Shown piece by piece: positions 1 to 10,115 of a stretch of 39,201 bases of DNA (positions are counted from its first letter, which is position 1; every line of letters starts with the position of its first letter). The translations under genes were made by a program, and so were the position numbers. The stretch is from a virus. Below the pieces are notes generated by a model. That model saw nothing but the letters and a program-made list of their open reading frames with translations, had not been told where the DNA came from and did no database searches. The DNA lies in UHGV virus genome UHGV-0121072; one strand, given 5' to 3'.

Positions 1-1629
<1,629 letters not shown>

Positions 1630-1676
1630 TCACTCCTTAATCACAAACGCGAACAGAGGGACAGGACTCATTGTCC

Positions 1677-1698
1677 CATCCCTAAGGTGATAGTTTAG
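1677..1698 (-). promoter_or_regulatory. Phage RNAP promoter-like element, variant (minus sense CTAAACTATCACCTTAGGGA), upstream of gene 4
   Basis: Matches the genome consensus except 2 substitutions at -4/-3; same position as a T7 gene 4 promoter. Confidence 0.4.
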
Positions 1699-1910
1699 GC
1701 TTTGAAGAACTGAGCCAACTGGTTGGCTTTGGTGTCAGCTTGACGTGCCTTCATGCCCGCTTCCAGTGACGCTATGTTCAACTTGTCAGCCCGCAGCAAA
1801 GCATCAGCCCGCAGCAAAGCAGTCTTCTTTTCTACCTTTCGTTCCAGAACCGCAGCACGACGATAGCCACGCACCACCAGACGACCGAGAAATTCGATAA
1901 GTTTAATCAT
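1695..1910 (-). CDS. Hypothetical 71-aa protein, predicted coiled-coil, contains tandem ALLRAD repeat
   Basis: ORF with ATG at 1910 and AAGGAG SD; lies between lysozyme and gene 4 where T7 has gene 3.8; no recognisable motif. Confidence 0.45.
   Translation of the reverse strand: MIKLIEFLGRLVVRGYRRAAVLERKVEKKTALLRADALLRADKLNIASLEAGMKARQADTKANQLAQFFKA
1787..1822 (-). repeat. 18-bp perfect-but-one tandem duplication (cagcccgcagcaaagca t/g) inside the 71-aa ORF
   Basis: Two adjacent copies seen directly; encodes ALLRAD twice. Confidence 0.8.
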
Positions 1911-1934
1911 TTAGTTGTTCTCCTTTAGAGTTTA

Positions 1935-2396
1935 TTAACCGTGGTCAGATGTAACCAGTTCATTCTTGGTCCACCATCGCTTCACGTCGAAACTCGGACA
2001 GGCTTTGGCTGCTACTGAATGATGGGCCATTAGCTCTGCATTAGGGTACTTACTCATAAGCTCCTCCAGCTTGATGCGTAGGGAGTTCATCTGAGCAGGA
2101 GTGAAGTTAGCTTCAAACTTGCCCTTAGCGTCAATTCCACCTACAAGGCAGACGCCTACAGACCGTGAGTTCCAGTCCTTAACGTGTGACCCTACGACAT
2201 TGACCGGGCGACCCTCTTCCACAGTACCATCGCGCTTGATGATAAAGTGGTAGCCTACGTCCAGCCAGCCTTGCTGCTTGTGCCACATACGGATGGTCTC
2301 TACCCCGATGTCCATCTCTGGCTTGGTAGCCGAACAGTGAACGAAGATAGCGTCAGTCCGGGACCGTGGGTTGAATTGCACCTTACTCACCATCAT
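1935..2396 (-). CDS. gp3.5: T7 lysozyme / N-acetylmuramoyl-L-alanine amidase
   Basis: 153 aa; DAIFVHCSATKP, WLDVGYHFIIKRDGTVE, VCLVGGID, KACPSFD almost identical to T7 gp3.5. Confidence 0.93.
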   Translation of the reverse strand: MMVSKVQFNPRSRTDAIFVHCSATKPEMDIGVETIRMWHKQQGWLDVGYHFIIKRDGTVEEGRPVNVVGSHVKDWNSRSVGVCLVGGIDAKGKFEANFTPAQMNSLRIKLEELMSKYPNAELMAHHSVAAKACPSFDVKRWWTKNELVTSDHG

Positions 2397-2787
2397 ACAC
2401 CACCAGTTCTACTACCACTAGATTCAGGTGCTGGGTGAATCTTTGTGCGTCCGTGGTGTGCATCTGGAGACGCTTATGATTGAAGACGTGTGAGTTGCTA
2501 ATCTTCACGTAAACTTCGTCAGGCTTGCCGTGGACGATGAACGTCTGATCCACGGCAATCTTGTCGATTGTCAGGCGCTTACTGGTGATGGAAACTTCAG
2601 GAACCGCAGTCACAGGGTGGACTTCAGGTTTCACTTCCTCAAAGCGCCAGCGGAACATACCGTTGATGAATTCGTGGTTCTCTTCGGTAGCAACAAAGGT
2701 CTCACCAATTGGCGCGCAGTACTTGCTTAGCATTTCCGCAACGGAACGGTTCCAAAACGTATTTAGAACACGATAAGTCTTACTCAT
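2383..2787 (-). CDS. Hypothetical 134-aa protein with no T7 counterpart
   Basis: ATG at 2787 overlaps gp3 stop (ATGA) with AAGGAG SD 8 nt upstream; the track's upstream M is a GTG. No motif recognised. Confidence 0.5.
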   Translation of the reverse strand: MSKTYRVLNTFWNRSVAEMLSKYCAPIGETFVATEENHEFINGMFRWRFEEVKPEVHPVTAVPEVSITSKRLTIDKIAVDQTFIVHGKPDEVYVKISNSHVFNHKRLQMHTTDAQRFTQHLNLVVVELVVYDGE

Positions 2788-3239
2788 CACTTAACTCCTT
2801 TCTTCTTTGGAATGAGTATACCTGAAGGCATACGTACAGTCGCCTCTCGAAGCCACTCAACCGGGATGAATTTATCGGCAAACTTAAAGCCGTTCTTTTC
2901 GCACCATGCGCCATACGTGGTCGGAGACCCTTTGTATAACTTGGAGCGTGAACTTGAGAACACGAACCGAATGTCTAACTCTGGGTGCTGTTCTTTAATC
3001 AATAAGTGCTTCTTACGGTCTTCCACTGCGAAGATTCCCTTGGTCTCCACAATGATGCCATTTGGTAGCACAAAGTCTGGACAATAGGTATGAAGGGATT
3101 GAGGGATTGTGTACGCTATTTTATACATCTCGTACTCAGCCTTAACCCCGTTCTTCTCCAGCCACTCTTGGTTTTTTGCTTCCAGTCCAGACCGATAGAT
3201 TCCTACCGAGTGTCCTCTACTCATGCTACGTGTCGCCAT
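2787..3239 (-). CDS. gp3: Endonuclease I (Holliday junction resolvase)
   Basis: 150 aa; YCPDFVLPNGIIVETKG, DRKKHLLIKEQHPELDIRFVFSSS, KFADKFIP match T7 gp3. Confidence 0.85.
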   Translation of the reverse strand: MATRSMSRGHSVGIYRSGLEAKNQEWLEKNGVKAEYEMYKIAYTIPQSLHTYCPDFVLPNGIIVETKGIFAVEDRKKHLLIKEQHPELDIRFVFSSSRSKLYKGSPTTYGAWCEKNGFKFADKFIPVEWLREATVRMPSGILIPKKKGVK

Positions 3240-3670
3240 GTTTCTCTCCTTAGTATCTTACCTATTGTTGGCTGAGACACTCCGTAGATTGTGGCGAGTT
3301 GTCGCTGAGTAAGGATCGAAGACCTAATTTCCTTGACTTTAGTGTCAGTAAGTTTTGACATACCGCACTTCTCTCCCGGAACATGAGGAGGGTTTACACC
3401 GCGCCCCTTGTTACGCATGTCCTGAAGGTTATCCAATTGGGTCCCTACAGTAAGATGCTCAGGGTTACAACACAGCGGAGTATCACAGGTGTGTAACAGA
3501 ACGCCATTAGGTTCTTCACCTGTAATAAGCTCGTAGGCTACGCGATGTGCAAGCATGGTTTTTCCATTGTACCTAATCTGACCGTAGCCTTTGTTGTTAA
3601 CGCAGCCAGTGAAAAGCCAGCAGCTACCTGAAACCACAAGTCTCTGCTTAAGGCTTTCTACTGTAGCCAT
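3221..3670 (-). CDS. HNH homing-endonuclease-like protein
   Basis: 149 aa; HNH-like HTCDTPLCCNPEHLT and C-terminal IYGVSQPTIGKILRRETWRH as in T7 small HNH proteins; sits between SSB and endonuclease I. Confidence 0.8.
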   Translation of the reverse strand: MATVESLKQRLVVSGSCWLFTGCVNNKGYGQIRYNGKTMLAHRVAYELITGEEPNGVLLHTCDTPLCCNPEHLTVGTQLDNLQDMRNKGRGVNPPHVPGEKCGMSKLTDTKVKEIRSSILTQRQLATIYGVSQPTIGKILRRETWRHVA

Positions 3671-4368
3671 TAGAAGTCGTAATCGCCACCAGAGTTGGAG
3701 TCGTCACCACCTTCGGAACAATCGTCACCAAAGTCATCATCCCCGAAGTCACCATCGGTTGACGCTTTGTATCCAGTGCCTAGGTCTTCATCATCACCCC
3801 AGCCGCCATCTCCACCAGCGCCATCACCTTTCCATTCCTTCAGCTCTACCAGAAGGCAGGACTCAAGCTGGAGCTTAACGCTTGCACCAGTCGCAGCGTT
3901 CCACTTGAACGGTAGGACTTTAAACTTTACCTTCAGCTTTGAGCCAGCGCCAATATTCGGGACGTCACGGATTAACTTAGCATCGGTGTCGTAGAACCGT
4001 AATACGATAGGCTCTGACTTACCATCCTTCAGGTAAGACGCAAAGCATTTGAACTTCATGGTAACAGTGCCATCACCGTTCTCAATCCACGGCATGTCGC
4101 CTTCACGCGGTTCAATAGGCTTCTTGCCACGCTGAACCTGAGGTGGGTTCTTCTCGTGGTCTGCGAGTGCTTTTGCATACGCATCGTCGTGAATCTTCTG
4201 TAAGACATCAATCATCTTACGGACCTTCGGGTTGCGCAGGTCGAATGTCAGGTTGACTTTGTGTTCACCACGCTCGTTAAACTTGGTGTCTGCTTTGTTA
4301 AGCCATGCGTAAGGCTCAACGATACCAGCTACCGGAGTGGTGAAAGTCTTCAGTTGCTCTTTAGCCAT
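3670..4368 (-). CDS. gp2.5: Single-stranded DNA-binding protein
   Basis: 232 aa, same length as T7 gp2.5, with acidic Gly/Asp-rich C-terminal tail ending ...GGDYDF. Confidence 0.92.
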   Translation of the reverse strand: MAKEQLKTFTTPVAGIVEPYAWLNKADTKFNERGEHKVNLTFDLRNPKVRKMIDVLQKIHDDAYAKALADHEKNPPQVQRGKKPIEPREGDMPWIENGDGTVTMKFKCFASYLKDGKSEPIVLRFYDTDAKLIRDVPNIGAGSKLKVKFKVLPFKWNAATGASVKLQLESCLLVELKEWKGDGAGGDGGWGDDEDLGTGYKASTDGDFGDDDFGDDCSEGGDDSNSGGDYDF

Positions 4369-4408
4369 CGGTGTAAATCTCCTAATTTAAAAGTTACGAA
4401 CTGGACGT

Positions 4409-4430
4409 CTGTCCTACAGTGATAGTTTAG
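4409..4430 (-). promoter_or_regulatory. Phage RNAP promoter (variant CTAAACTATCACTGTAGGAC) upstream of gp2.5
   Basis: Consensus copy with one substitution at -3; position equals T7 phi2.5. Confidence 0.55.
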
Positions 4431-4585
4431 GTCTCAGGACGAATCCGTCCGACCACAAACCCAGCGTCCTCATACTCTTGGGACTTCAGGGTAGCCTCTT
4501 CAAGAGACTTTGCGTACACCGGGACCTCGAAGGACTGAACGCTGCCCTCAAGCTCCACGATGTATTTCTTCTCTACGTCAGTCAT
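4427..4585 (-). CDS. gp2: Host RNA polymerase inhibitor
   Basis: 52 aa from ATG at 4585 (AAGGAG SD); [14 protein letters not shown] resembles T7 gp2 SFEVPIYAETLDEAL. The track ORF extends further upstream in frame. Confidence 0.7.
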   Translation of the reverse strand: MTDVEKKYIVELEGSVQSFEVPVYAKSLEEATLKSQEYEDAGFVVGRIRPET

Positions 4586-4700
4586 AAATCTCCTTGTCGA
4601 GAATCTCTTCCAGCTTAACAAGTTCCTCTTTGGATAAATCAGTGAAGTCCACGTACTCCTTAATAAGCTGGCACACAAAGTTAATCTGGTCTTGGTTCAT
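4578..4700 (-). CDS. Hypothetical small protein (gp1.8 position), 40 aa
   Basis: ATG at 4700 with AAGGAG SD 9 nt upstream; the longer track ORF starts at a GTG. Confidence 0.35.
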   Translation of the reverse strand: MNQDQINFVCQLIKEYVDFTDLSKEELVKLEEILDKEIYD

Positions 4701-4778
4701 AAACCGCGCTCCTTCCATTGGTTGTATAACGTAATGTAGTCCGGGTTGAGAGTCTTCTCGTACATCTCCCTGCACCAC

Positions 4779-5117
4779 TCACTCGGCAGCATAGCACTTA
4801 CCTTTATGCAGGTCGAACAGATCCTGATAGAAGGCTGCTTTGTTCAGGTCCTTCTCCATAGTAGCCAGCTCTGACTTCTTGCCAGCCCGGAGTCGATACT
4901 TCAGGACGTTACCCATGCAGAACCCACGGAACTCACTCACAGTCATTGACCGTGCGATAATCTCAATGGATTCCACTCCGTCAAAGACTTGATAGTGAGA
5001 TGGCTTGCGAACCTCGTCATTTTTACTACACGCGTCGGCGATGACGCTGAAAACATCACCACAGTCGCACGGACCGAAGCTAAGGACCGAGCGGCACCAC
5101 TCCTTGTGCTTAGCCAT
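4779..5117 (-). CDS. gp1.7: Nucleotide kinase-like protein (C-terminal region of T7 gp1.7)
   Basis: 112 aa; KPSHYQVFDGVESIEIIARSMTVSEFRGFCMGNVLKYRLRAGKKSELA matches the T7 gp1.7 C-terminus; shorter than T7 (196 aa). Confidence 0.75.
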   Translation of the reverse strand: MAKHKEWCRSVLSFGPCDCGDVFSVIADACSKNDEVRKPSHYQVFDGVESIEIIARSMTVSEFRGFCMGNVLKYRLRAGKKSELATMEKDLNKAAFYQDLFDLHKGKCYAAE

Positions 5118-5370
5118 TTACCACCTCCTTCACGAACTCAACTAACAGACGAACGCGTGGCCACTTGGTGTAGACCACAGGTACGTTGGTCTCACGCTTT
5201 TGGCGAGCCTCTTCAGCTTTTCCCGGAGTAATCAGAGCGTAGACTGTAGGTGACAGCTTAACGGCCTTCCCGAAGTAGCCCAGCTTCTCGTCTCGCTTAA
5301 TGCAAGCGAACGGATTGTTAGACAGGTGGAATGTACCGGTATAACGATTGAACATTAAGTTCTTAAACAT
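5110..5370 (-). CDS. Hypothetical protein (gp1.6 position), 86 aa
   Basis: ATG with AAGGAGG SD; synteny only. Confidence 0.5.
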   Translation of the reverse strand: MFKNLMFNRYTGTFHLSNNPFACIKRDEKLGYFGKAVKLSPTVYALITPGKAEEARQKRETNVPVVYTKWPRVRLLVEFVKEVVNG

Positions 5371-5397
5371 GTCGGCCTCCTTAGGTCGAAGTTATGG

Positions 5398-5419
5398 TTG
5401 TCCTATAGTGATAGCTTAG
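5398..5419 (-). promoter_or_regulatory. Phage RNAP promoter (CTAAGCTATCACTATAGGAC) upstream of the gp1.6-like gene
   Basis: Consensus copy; position equals T7 phi1.5/1.6. Confidence 0.6.
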
Positions 5420-5435
5420 GGTCAGGATGGTGGCC

Positions 5436-5475
5436 CAGACGCAAAGAAACCCAGCAGTCCTAAGACCACTGGGTT
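5436..5475 (-). terminator. Intrinsic terminator candidate (TE-like) just after the ligase gene
   Basis: Minus-sense RNA AACCCAGUGGUC-UUAG-GACUGCUGGGUU gives a 12-bp stem (2 G.U) followed by UCUUUG; T7 has its host-polymerase early terminator TE after gene 1.3. Confidence 0.5.
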
Positions 5476-5484
5476 GACATTTAG

Positions 5485-6510
5485 TTAAATCTTGACTGTA
5501 GGATTATCCTCAGTCCCTCGCCATTGGTAGAATGACGGATGTCGCAAACTTCCATCTGGTGTCTCCTCCATGTAGGTAATCTGACAGGCCCAACCTTTGT
5601 AGTAATCTGGGTCTGACTTTACGTTCTCTGTGAACTCGGACATAAGGGCGCGACTAATGTTAGTTGCGGAGACCTCCATCCCGTTCTCGAGCATAACGTC
5701 GAAACCAATTACTAGACCTTCGTTTGCGAGACCTTCGGTTCCCCATACCGGGCGAACAACGTGACCGTCTGCCTCTTCGCTGGGCTTCATTTTCCACATG
5801 CCTGACTTCTTGCCACGCTTGTACTTACCCAGTGGGTCCTTGACCACCAGACCCTCATGTCCTTCAAGACGCTTCTGTTCGTACAGGGAGTTGAGCGACT
5901 CAAGGTCGTAGACCGTGTGTGACTCAGACAGAACCCAGTCGATTTCCGGGAAGTATTTCTGGAGGAGAGGGACGATAGCTTCGGCCTTCAGGCGTGTGAC
6001 GCTATGGATAGGACCTTCTGCTTTCGGGTCGGCAATGGTTGTCATGTCGACAATACCATAAACCACAACCTTAAGTCGTGACCGGGCGGCCCAGAACGGG
6101 ACCTTCTTGCCACGGTCCGGATAACATTCAGCGAACTCCTCGTTGCTGGGCTTGAGCCACTTGGTTCGAATGAGGCCTGAGGACGTATTAAAGTCCACAC
6201 CCTTGACCATGACCTCGCCATCAATCATTAGCCCGATACCTTCATAGCCAACTTGACGAAGGAACCACCGCCAGTCAGCCTGAGTCCACGCATTGCCTAA
6301 CTCAGAGTTCATCCACTCCAGTGCTGGCAGCGGTTTAGACTCACGACTTAACCAATAGGTCTCACCCTCTCGCAGCACCGGAAGATTCAACCGGACACCA
6401 TCGTACTTCACTTCAGCTTCCAGCGACCCAGCAGCTTCCAAAGCCTTCTTAATGCCAGACTCAGAGTAATCTACAGCGCGGTGCGGGTTGGTTTTGATAG
6501 TCATAGTCAT
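5485..6510 (-). CDS. gp1.3: ATP-dependent DNA ligase
   Basis: 341 aa; KxDGxR adenylation motif (EVKYDGVRLN), EGHEGLVVKDP, WKMKP, DGSLRHPSF match T7 ligase. Confidence 0.93.
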   Translation of the reverse strand: MTMTIKTNPHRAVDYSESGIKKALEAAGSLEAEVKYDGVRLNLPVLREGETYWLSRESKPLPALEWMNSELGNAWTQADWRWFLRQVGYEGIGLMIDGEVMVKGVDFNTSSGLIRTKWLKPSNEEFAECYPDRGKKVPFWAARSRLKVVVYGIVDMTTIADPKAEGPIHSVTRLKAEAIVPLLQKYFPEIDWVLSESHTVYDLESLNSLYEQKRLEGHEGLVVKDPLGKYKRGKKSGMWKMKPSEEADGHVVRPVWGTEGLANEGLVIGFDVMLENGMEVSATNISRALMSEFTENVKSDPDYYKGWACQITYMEETPDGSLRHPSFYQWRGTEDNPTVKI

Positions 6511-6758
6511 TATTTCCAGCTCCTATAAGCATTCAGTTGCTGCAAGCACCATTGCTCACAGCTAAAGATTTCGTGTTCGGTGAACTCGCGGGATACCAGA
6601 GGCTTCCCGTCTGCTTCCATGATGCTTACCAGAATTTTCCGGGAGCACGACAGGTCATCCATTCTGACCTCAAGTCCTGCCTCACTCATCTCGCGGTGGG
6701 TCCGGCCCAACGATGACCACTGGCTCGTGGACGCATCAAATAACCAACGTCTGCTCAT
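6510..6758 (-). CDS. Hypothetical protein (gp1.2 dGTPase-inhibitor position), 82 aa
   Basis: Synteny plus weak resemblance to T7 gp1.2, including the C-terminal ...WK. Confidence 0.5.
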   Translation of the reverse strand: MSRRWLFDASTSQWSSLGRTHREMSEAGLEVRMDDLSCSRKILVSIMEADGKPLVSREFTEHEIFSCEQWCLQQLNAYRSWK

Positions 6759-6761
6759 TCC

Positions 6762-6941
6762 TTATGCTCCTACGAAGTATTTCTCTTGGTTTACCAGCGA
6801 GTCTTTACCTTCAGCGTTACGGAAAGCACCTTTGACACCACCACCACGTTTAGTCTTGTTCAGCTTGCGGCCCTTCGGGATGTAGCCTTCAGTCTGCTGA
6901 CGTTCACGGATGCGCTCGAAGTTGATAGCGTTCTGATACAT
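6762..6941 (-). CDS. gp1.1: Small basic protein gp1.1-like, 59 aa
   Basis: Not in the ORF track (<60 aa); ATG at 6941, TAA at 6764..6762; contains KGRKLNKTKR as in T7 gp1.1. Confidence 0.55.
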   Translation of the reverse strand: MYQNAINFERIRERQQTEGYIPKGRKLNKTKRGGGVKGAFRNAEGKDSLVNQEKYFVGA

Positions 6942-6972
6942 ATGGTTAAATCTCCAGTAGTTTATTAGGGTT

Positions 6973-7013
6973 AATCATGAAGGCCACGACTTTGAGTCAT
7001 GACCTTGAGTCTA
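6973..7013 (-). promoter_or_regulatory. Conserved stem-loop, candidate RNase III processing site (upstream of gp1.1)
   Basis: Member of a repeated family TAGACTCAAGGTCAT-N-GTGGCCTT(T/C)ATGATTA (minus sense); stem AAGGUCAU/GUGGCCUU pairs only in minus-sense RNA because of G.U wobbles. Confidence 0.5.
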
Positions 7014-7033
7014 ATCCTATAGTGATAGTTTAG
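7012..7033 (-). promoter_or_regulatory. Phage RNAP promoter (CTAAACTATCACTATAGGAT) upstream of gp1.1
   Basis: Consensus copy; position equals T7 phi1.1. Confidence 0.7.
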
Positions 7034-7108
7034 GTTAACCTCTTCTTCGTTGGATTAAAGTGAATAATGCGAGTGCTCCTAGCCACAAGTCCAGTAACTG
7101 TAGGTCTG

Positions 7109-7324
7109 TCATTTGGTCTGCTCCAGCTTGGACACTGCGTCTTTCAGGTATTTCTCGTGGCTGGATTCCACAAGATAGACGAGGGTCTTGAATGGGACGT
7201 TAAGCTGTTTTGACATCTCGGTAGGAATGACCGTGGTCTTCACCAGACCCTTGCCGTTGTGTTCTGTTACGGTCACGATTTGAGTCCCACCATTAACGCC
7301 GGTCTGCTTGTGTGCAAATTTCAT
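7109..7324 (-). CDS. Hypothetical 71-aa protein immediately downstream of the RNAP gene
   Basis: ATG at 7324 with AGGAGA SD; no motif recognised. Confidence 0.5.
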   Translation of the reverse strand: MKFAHKQTGVNGGTQIVTVTEHNGKGLVKTTVIPTEMSKQLNVPFKTLVYLVESSHEKYLKDAVSKLEQTK

Positions 7325-7336
7325 AACTCTCTCCTG

Positions 7337-10018
7337 TTAAGCGAATGCATAGTCTGAAGACAAGACGTCTTCGATATTCAGTTTACCTTTCTTCGGAAGC
7401 TCTGGCAGCTTGTCGCGCTGGCTCTCATGAAGCTGGTATTCAAACTGCTCATAGAAGTCAAGCAGCACATCGTTGTCGCGGTAGGTCTCGACCATCGTCT
7501 CACGGACGCCACGGAACAGATACTCAGCGTCAGCCGGGATGGTACCGAAGCTATCGTGAATCACTGCGAATGACATCACGCCATACTTGCGGTGAGTGTG
7601 GACTACAGTCTTGCGTAGGTGGCTACCATCTTGTGAGTGGACGAAGTTCGGGCTAATGCCTGACTCCTGCTTGTGCTTGTCCAGCTCTTTCTTCATACCT
7701 TTATTGACTGTAGGCTGAAGGTTGAATGACCCTAAGAACATCAGGTTCAGACGAGTGGTATCCTTCTTGCGGTATTCCTGCCAGACCGGGAACCCATCAG
7801 GTGTGACCCAGTGTACCGGAAGGCAAGGCTTCAGTATTTCTCCAGTCTTCTTGTCCTTCACTTCAGCAGCCAGCAGCTTGGCAGCACCTTGAAGCCACTT
7901 CATCACGTCAACCGCAGCAACTACGGTCCCGCTCACAGCTTCCCAAATCATCTTAGCCATGAAGCGAGACGCTTGGCTTGGCTCGGTGAACATAGCTCCA
8001 GACCCTGAGTCAATCGCTGGCATCACGATGTCATCGTATACTTGGTCTGCGAATCCGTACTCTTTCGACCCGTAGGCCAGAGTCATGACTGAACGCTTAG
8101 GGACCTTACGTGACATACCGTAGGTCAGCCACTGACGGGCCAGCTCTCGTGTCCCCAGCTTGAGACGCTCGGTAATCTCACCAGTTTTCTTGTCCTCGTG
8201 AGTCACAACCTCGTTATCTGTACCGTTAACCAGCAGGACTTTAAGCTCCTCCTCAATGCGATCAGACACGATGCGGTAGATGTCTTGGACCTTACCGGAT
8301 GGCGTCAGGTTCACTGCATGTCCACCAATGTGGTCACGAAGCATCGCGCTGAAGTGCTGAATCCCAGAGCAGGACCCATCGAACGCTATCGGCAGCGAGC
8401 AGGAGTAAGACAAGCCGTGGTGCATTACGCCAGCATACTCGAAGCAGAACGCAAGGAAGCAGAACGGAGAGTCTAACTTGCCCCACCACTCAATGCTATC
8501 CATCGGTGCCTTAGCAGCAGCCATGATGTTGTCGTGGTTATCTTCCACCCACTTGATGCGCTCCTCGAAGGTGACTTTATCGACACCCGCACAGTTTGCA
8601 CCGTGGACCTTCAGCCATTTGAAACCATCAGCACCAATAGGCTTACCGACTGCCAGAGTAAGGAGACCCTTCTGCATGTCGTTACCCTGAGGGTTGAACA
8701 TCGGTACAGCGTAGACTCGACCGCGCCAGTCCATGTTGTATGGGAACCAGATGGCCTTGAACTGAGAGAACTTGTTCGCTTGGTTAACGATAAAGCTCAG
8801 TGACAATCTGCGTGACTGCCGGGCCTTCTCTCGGCGGTAGATACCGGCAGCAGCTTTCTTCCATGCCTTGAGTTCCTCTTCAGTCTCACCCACATAGTCT
8901 TCAGGCTTCAGTGGCTCCATCTGAGGGATGTCGTCAATAGGCGTGTTGTTCAACTTCTCGACCATGTTCACCACGTCCAGAACCTTCTTGTTCACTTTCC
9001 AAGGTGTATTCTGGATGATGTTGACAGCGTCATAGACTTCAGGCATGTACACGTCTTCGTAACGTGCCACCGCAGACTTAGACCCTAAGCGAATCAATGG
9101 TAACGGTCTGCGACCTTTGGCCCAGTACCCGCCGCCTACGACACCCGTCCACGGCTTAGGTGGAACGACGCAAGGCTGATAGACTGGTGCGATACCCGCA
9201 AGGCTGAATCCACGTTGTGCCATCTTCTTGACCCAGAAGTCTGACAGGTGGACCATCTCAACATCAGCCGCTGCATTGCCAGCACCATAACGCTTAAGCT
9301 CGACCAGTTGTGTGGACTGGATGACAATCTCAAGCATCTTGATGCCAACATGGACCGCCTCGGTCGGACTCCAAGTTCCCCACGCATCTTCCAGTTGACC
9401 CTGCTCCAGCATGGAGGCCTCAACCGCTTGCATGTAGGCTTTCTTGTAGGATGCCCCAGCTCGCTTGTTCAGGTTCTCAGCTATCGCCTTCTTGAAGTGC
9501 TCCTTCTCCTTGTCACGGATGCGACCGAAGCGGATTTCGTCCTCAAGTGTGCGACCTATCGCTGAGGCCATCGGTGTAATCGGTATCCCTTCAGGCTTGA
9601 CCAGCTTGGAGAGGATGACCTTCAGTATAATAACTGCAGCAGACTCGCAAGAGATACGCAGAGAGCGGTCCTTGACGGCCTTCTCTTCAGTGCTCAACAT
9701 GGTGAACGCTACGCTAGGACGAGAGGTTGACAGCTTCCCGTCTGGACCTTCATGCCACTCCCGAACGGCTTGCGCAATCTTAGGGACCAGAGTCTGCATC
9801 AAAGGCTTGGCGACCTGATTGTCTGCCAGTTCCCCGCGCTCTGTCTGGCGCTCAAGGTTCTTGATGAAACGTCGCTCGCCTTCAGTGTATGCCTCATGCT
9901 CAAGCTGAAGCTGCTTGACTGCAAGGTCTTGCCCGTAGTGGTCAGCCAGCAGGTTAAACGGCTCAATGGCGTTCGACACATCAGAGAAGTCGTGTTTGTC
10001 AATAGAGATGACGCTCAT
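7337..10018 (-). CDS. gp1: Single-subunit DNA-dependent RNA polymerase
   Basis: 893 aa; aligns along its length with T7 RNAP (FPYNMDWRGRVYA, DGSCSGIQHFSAMLRD, RSVMTLAYGSKE, HDSFGT, C-terminal ...FAFA). Confidence 0.97.
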   Translation of the reverse strand: MSVISIDKHDFSDVSNAIEPFNLLADHYGQDLAVKQLQLEHEAYTEGERRFIKNLERQTERGELADNQVAKPLMQTLVPKIAQAVREWHEGPDGKLSTSRPSVAFTMLSTEEKAVKDRSLRISCESAAVIILKVILSKLVKPEGIPITPMASAIGRTLEDEIRFGRIRDKEKEHFKKAIAENLNKRAGASYKKAYMQAVEASMLEQGQLEDAWGTWSPTEAVHVGIKMLEIVIQSTQLVELKRYGAGNAAADVEMVHLSDFWVKKMAQRGFSLAGIAPVYQPCVVPPKPWTGVVGGGYWAKGRRPLPLIRLGSKSAVARYEDVYMPEVYDAVNIIQNTPWKVNKKVLDVVNMVEKLNNTPIDDIPQMEPLKPEDYVGETEEELKAWKKAAAGIYRREKARQSRRLSLSFIVNQANKFSQFKAIWFPYNMDWRGRVYAVPMFNPQGNDMQKGLLTLAVGKPIGADGFKWLKVHGANCAGVDKVTFEERIKWVEDNHDNIMAAAKAPMDSIEWWGKLDSPFCFLAFCFEYAGVMHHGLSYSCSLPIAFDGSCSGIQHFSAMLRDHIGGHAVNLTPSGKVQDIYRIVSDRIEEELKVLLVNGTDNEVVTHEDKKTGEITERLKLGTRELARQWLTYGMSRKVPKRSVMTLAYGSKEYGFADQVYDDIVMPAIDSGSGAMFTEPSQASRFMAKMIWEAVSGTVVAAVDVMKWLQGAAKLLAAEVKDKKTGEILKPCLPVHWVTPDGFPVWQEYRKKDTTRLNLMFLGSFNLQPTVNKGMKKELDKHKQESGISPNFVHSQDGSHLRKTVVHTHRKYGVMSFAVIHDSFGTIPADAEYLFRGVRETMVETYRDNDVLLDFYEQFEYQLHESQRDKLPELPKKGKLNIEDVLSSDYAFA

Positions 10019-10087
10019 ACTTAAAGTCCTTGTTATTAGTCTTTCACTTAAAGTCTCTTTGGTCTTTCACTTGGAGTCTTAGACCTT

Positions 10088-10109
10088 GAGTCCTATAGTG
10101 ATAGTTAAG
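10088..10109 (-). promoter_or_regulatory. Phage RNAP promoter (CTTAACTATCACTATAGGAC) about 75 nt upstream of the RNAP gene
   Basis: Consensus copy with TTAAC variant also seen in two other copies; followed by two direct repeats gtctttcactt(a/g)(a/g)agtc in the leader. Confidence 0.6.
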
Positions 10110-10115
10110 TCAGAA

